Assembly (NCBI GenBank): GCA_950097015.1
Contig: CATNEN010000033.1
Location: 1,054,001 to 1,118,000, forward strand
Source: Macrostomum hystrix
Lineage: Eukaryota > Animalia > Platyhelminthes
Direction of reading: 5' to 3'
DNA: 64,000 bases
Every line of letters begins with the position of its first letter. Positions within the stretch are counted from its first letter, which is position 1. Under the pieces are notes generated by a model, which saw only the letters and a program-made list of their open reading frames with translations, ran no database searches and was not told the DNA's origin. A program made the position numbers and the translations under genes. Shown piece after piece: positions 63,873-64,000 of this stretch.

Positions 63873-64000
63873 ATAACGCCTCGTTACCAGAAATTTTCCG
63901 GAGATTTTCAGTCGCTGCTCACATGAAGGCACCTCCATTGGGAATATAGTTTTCGTAAGTAATTAACTTGATATTTTATTTTACTATTTTTTCGATCGTA

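Overview
This is eukaryotic (metazoan) genomic DNA, not prokaryotic. It has GC-rich exons, GT-AG introns (often GTGAGT donors) and many introns filled with minisatellites. The style resembles the flatworm Macrostomum, but that is an impression and was not tested. Nine protein-coding genes could be reconstructed by hand: (1) the 3' part of a small-HERC RCC1+HECT E3 ligase; (2) a hydantoinase/oxoprolinase-DUF917 fusion with two introns; (3) an intronless 2xBIR+RING IAP; (4) an ~11 kb GPI-anchored otoancorin/stereocilin/mesothelin-like gene; (5) an uncharacterised type I membrane protein; (6) a prominin; (7) an uncharacterised Cys-rich, probably GPI-anchored protein; (8) a PUDP/HDHD1 HAD phosphatase; (9) a very large C-type-lectin/sushi-like surface protein that probably runs off the right end. 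Mobile DNA comprises a decayed, intron-containing Crypton-type tyrosine recombinase, an adjacent TIR element, two tRNA-derived SINE families (7 copies) and about 20 tandem-repeat arrays. The most notable signals are three perfect RFX X-boxes tied to two large surface-protein genes, near-universal intron-specific minisatellites, the Crypton with palindromic CCATAGAC-bearing ends, and a structured SINE body. Several genes carry isolated 1-nt frameshifts, most likely consensus errors. All exon structures are manual reconstructions and no database searches were run.
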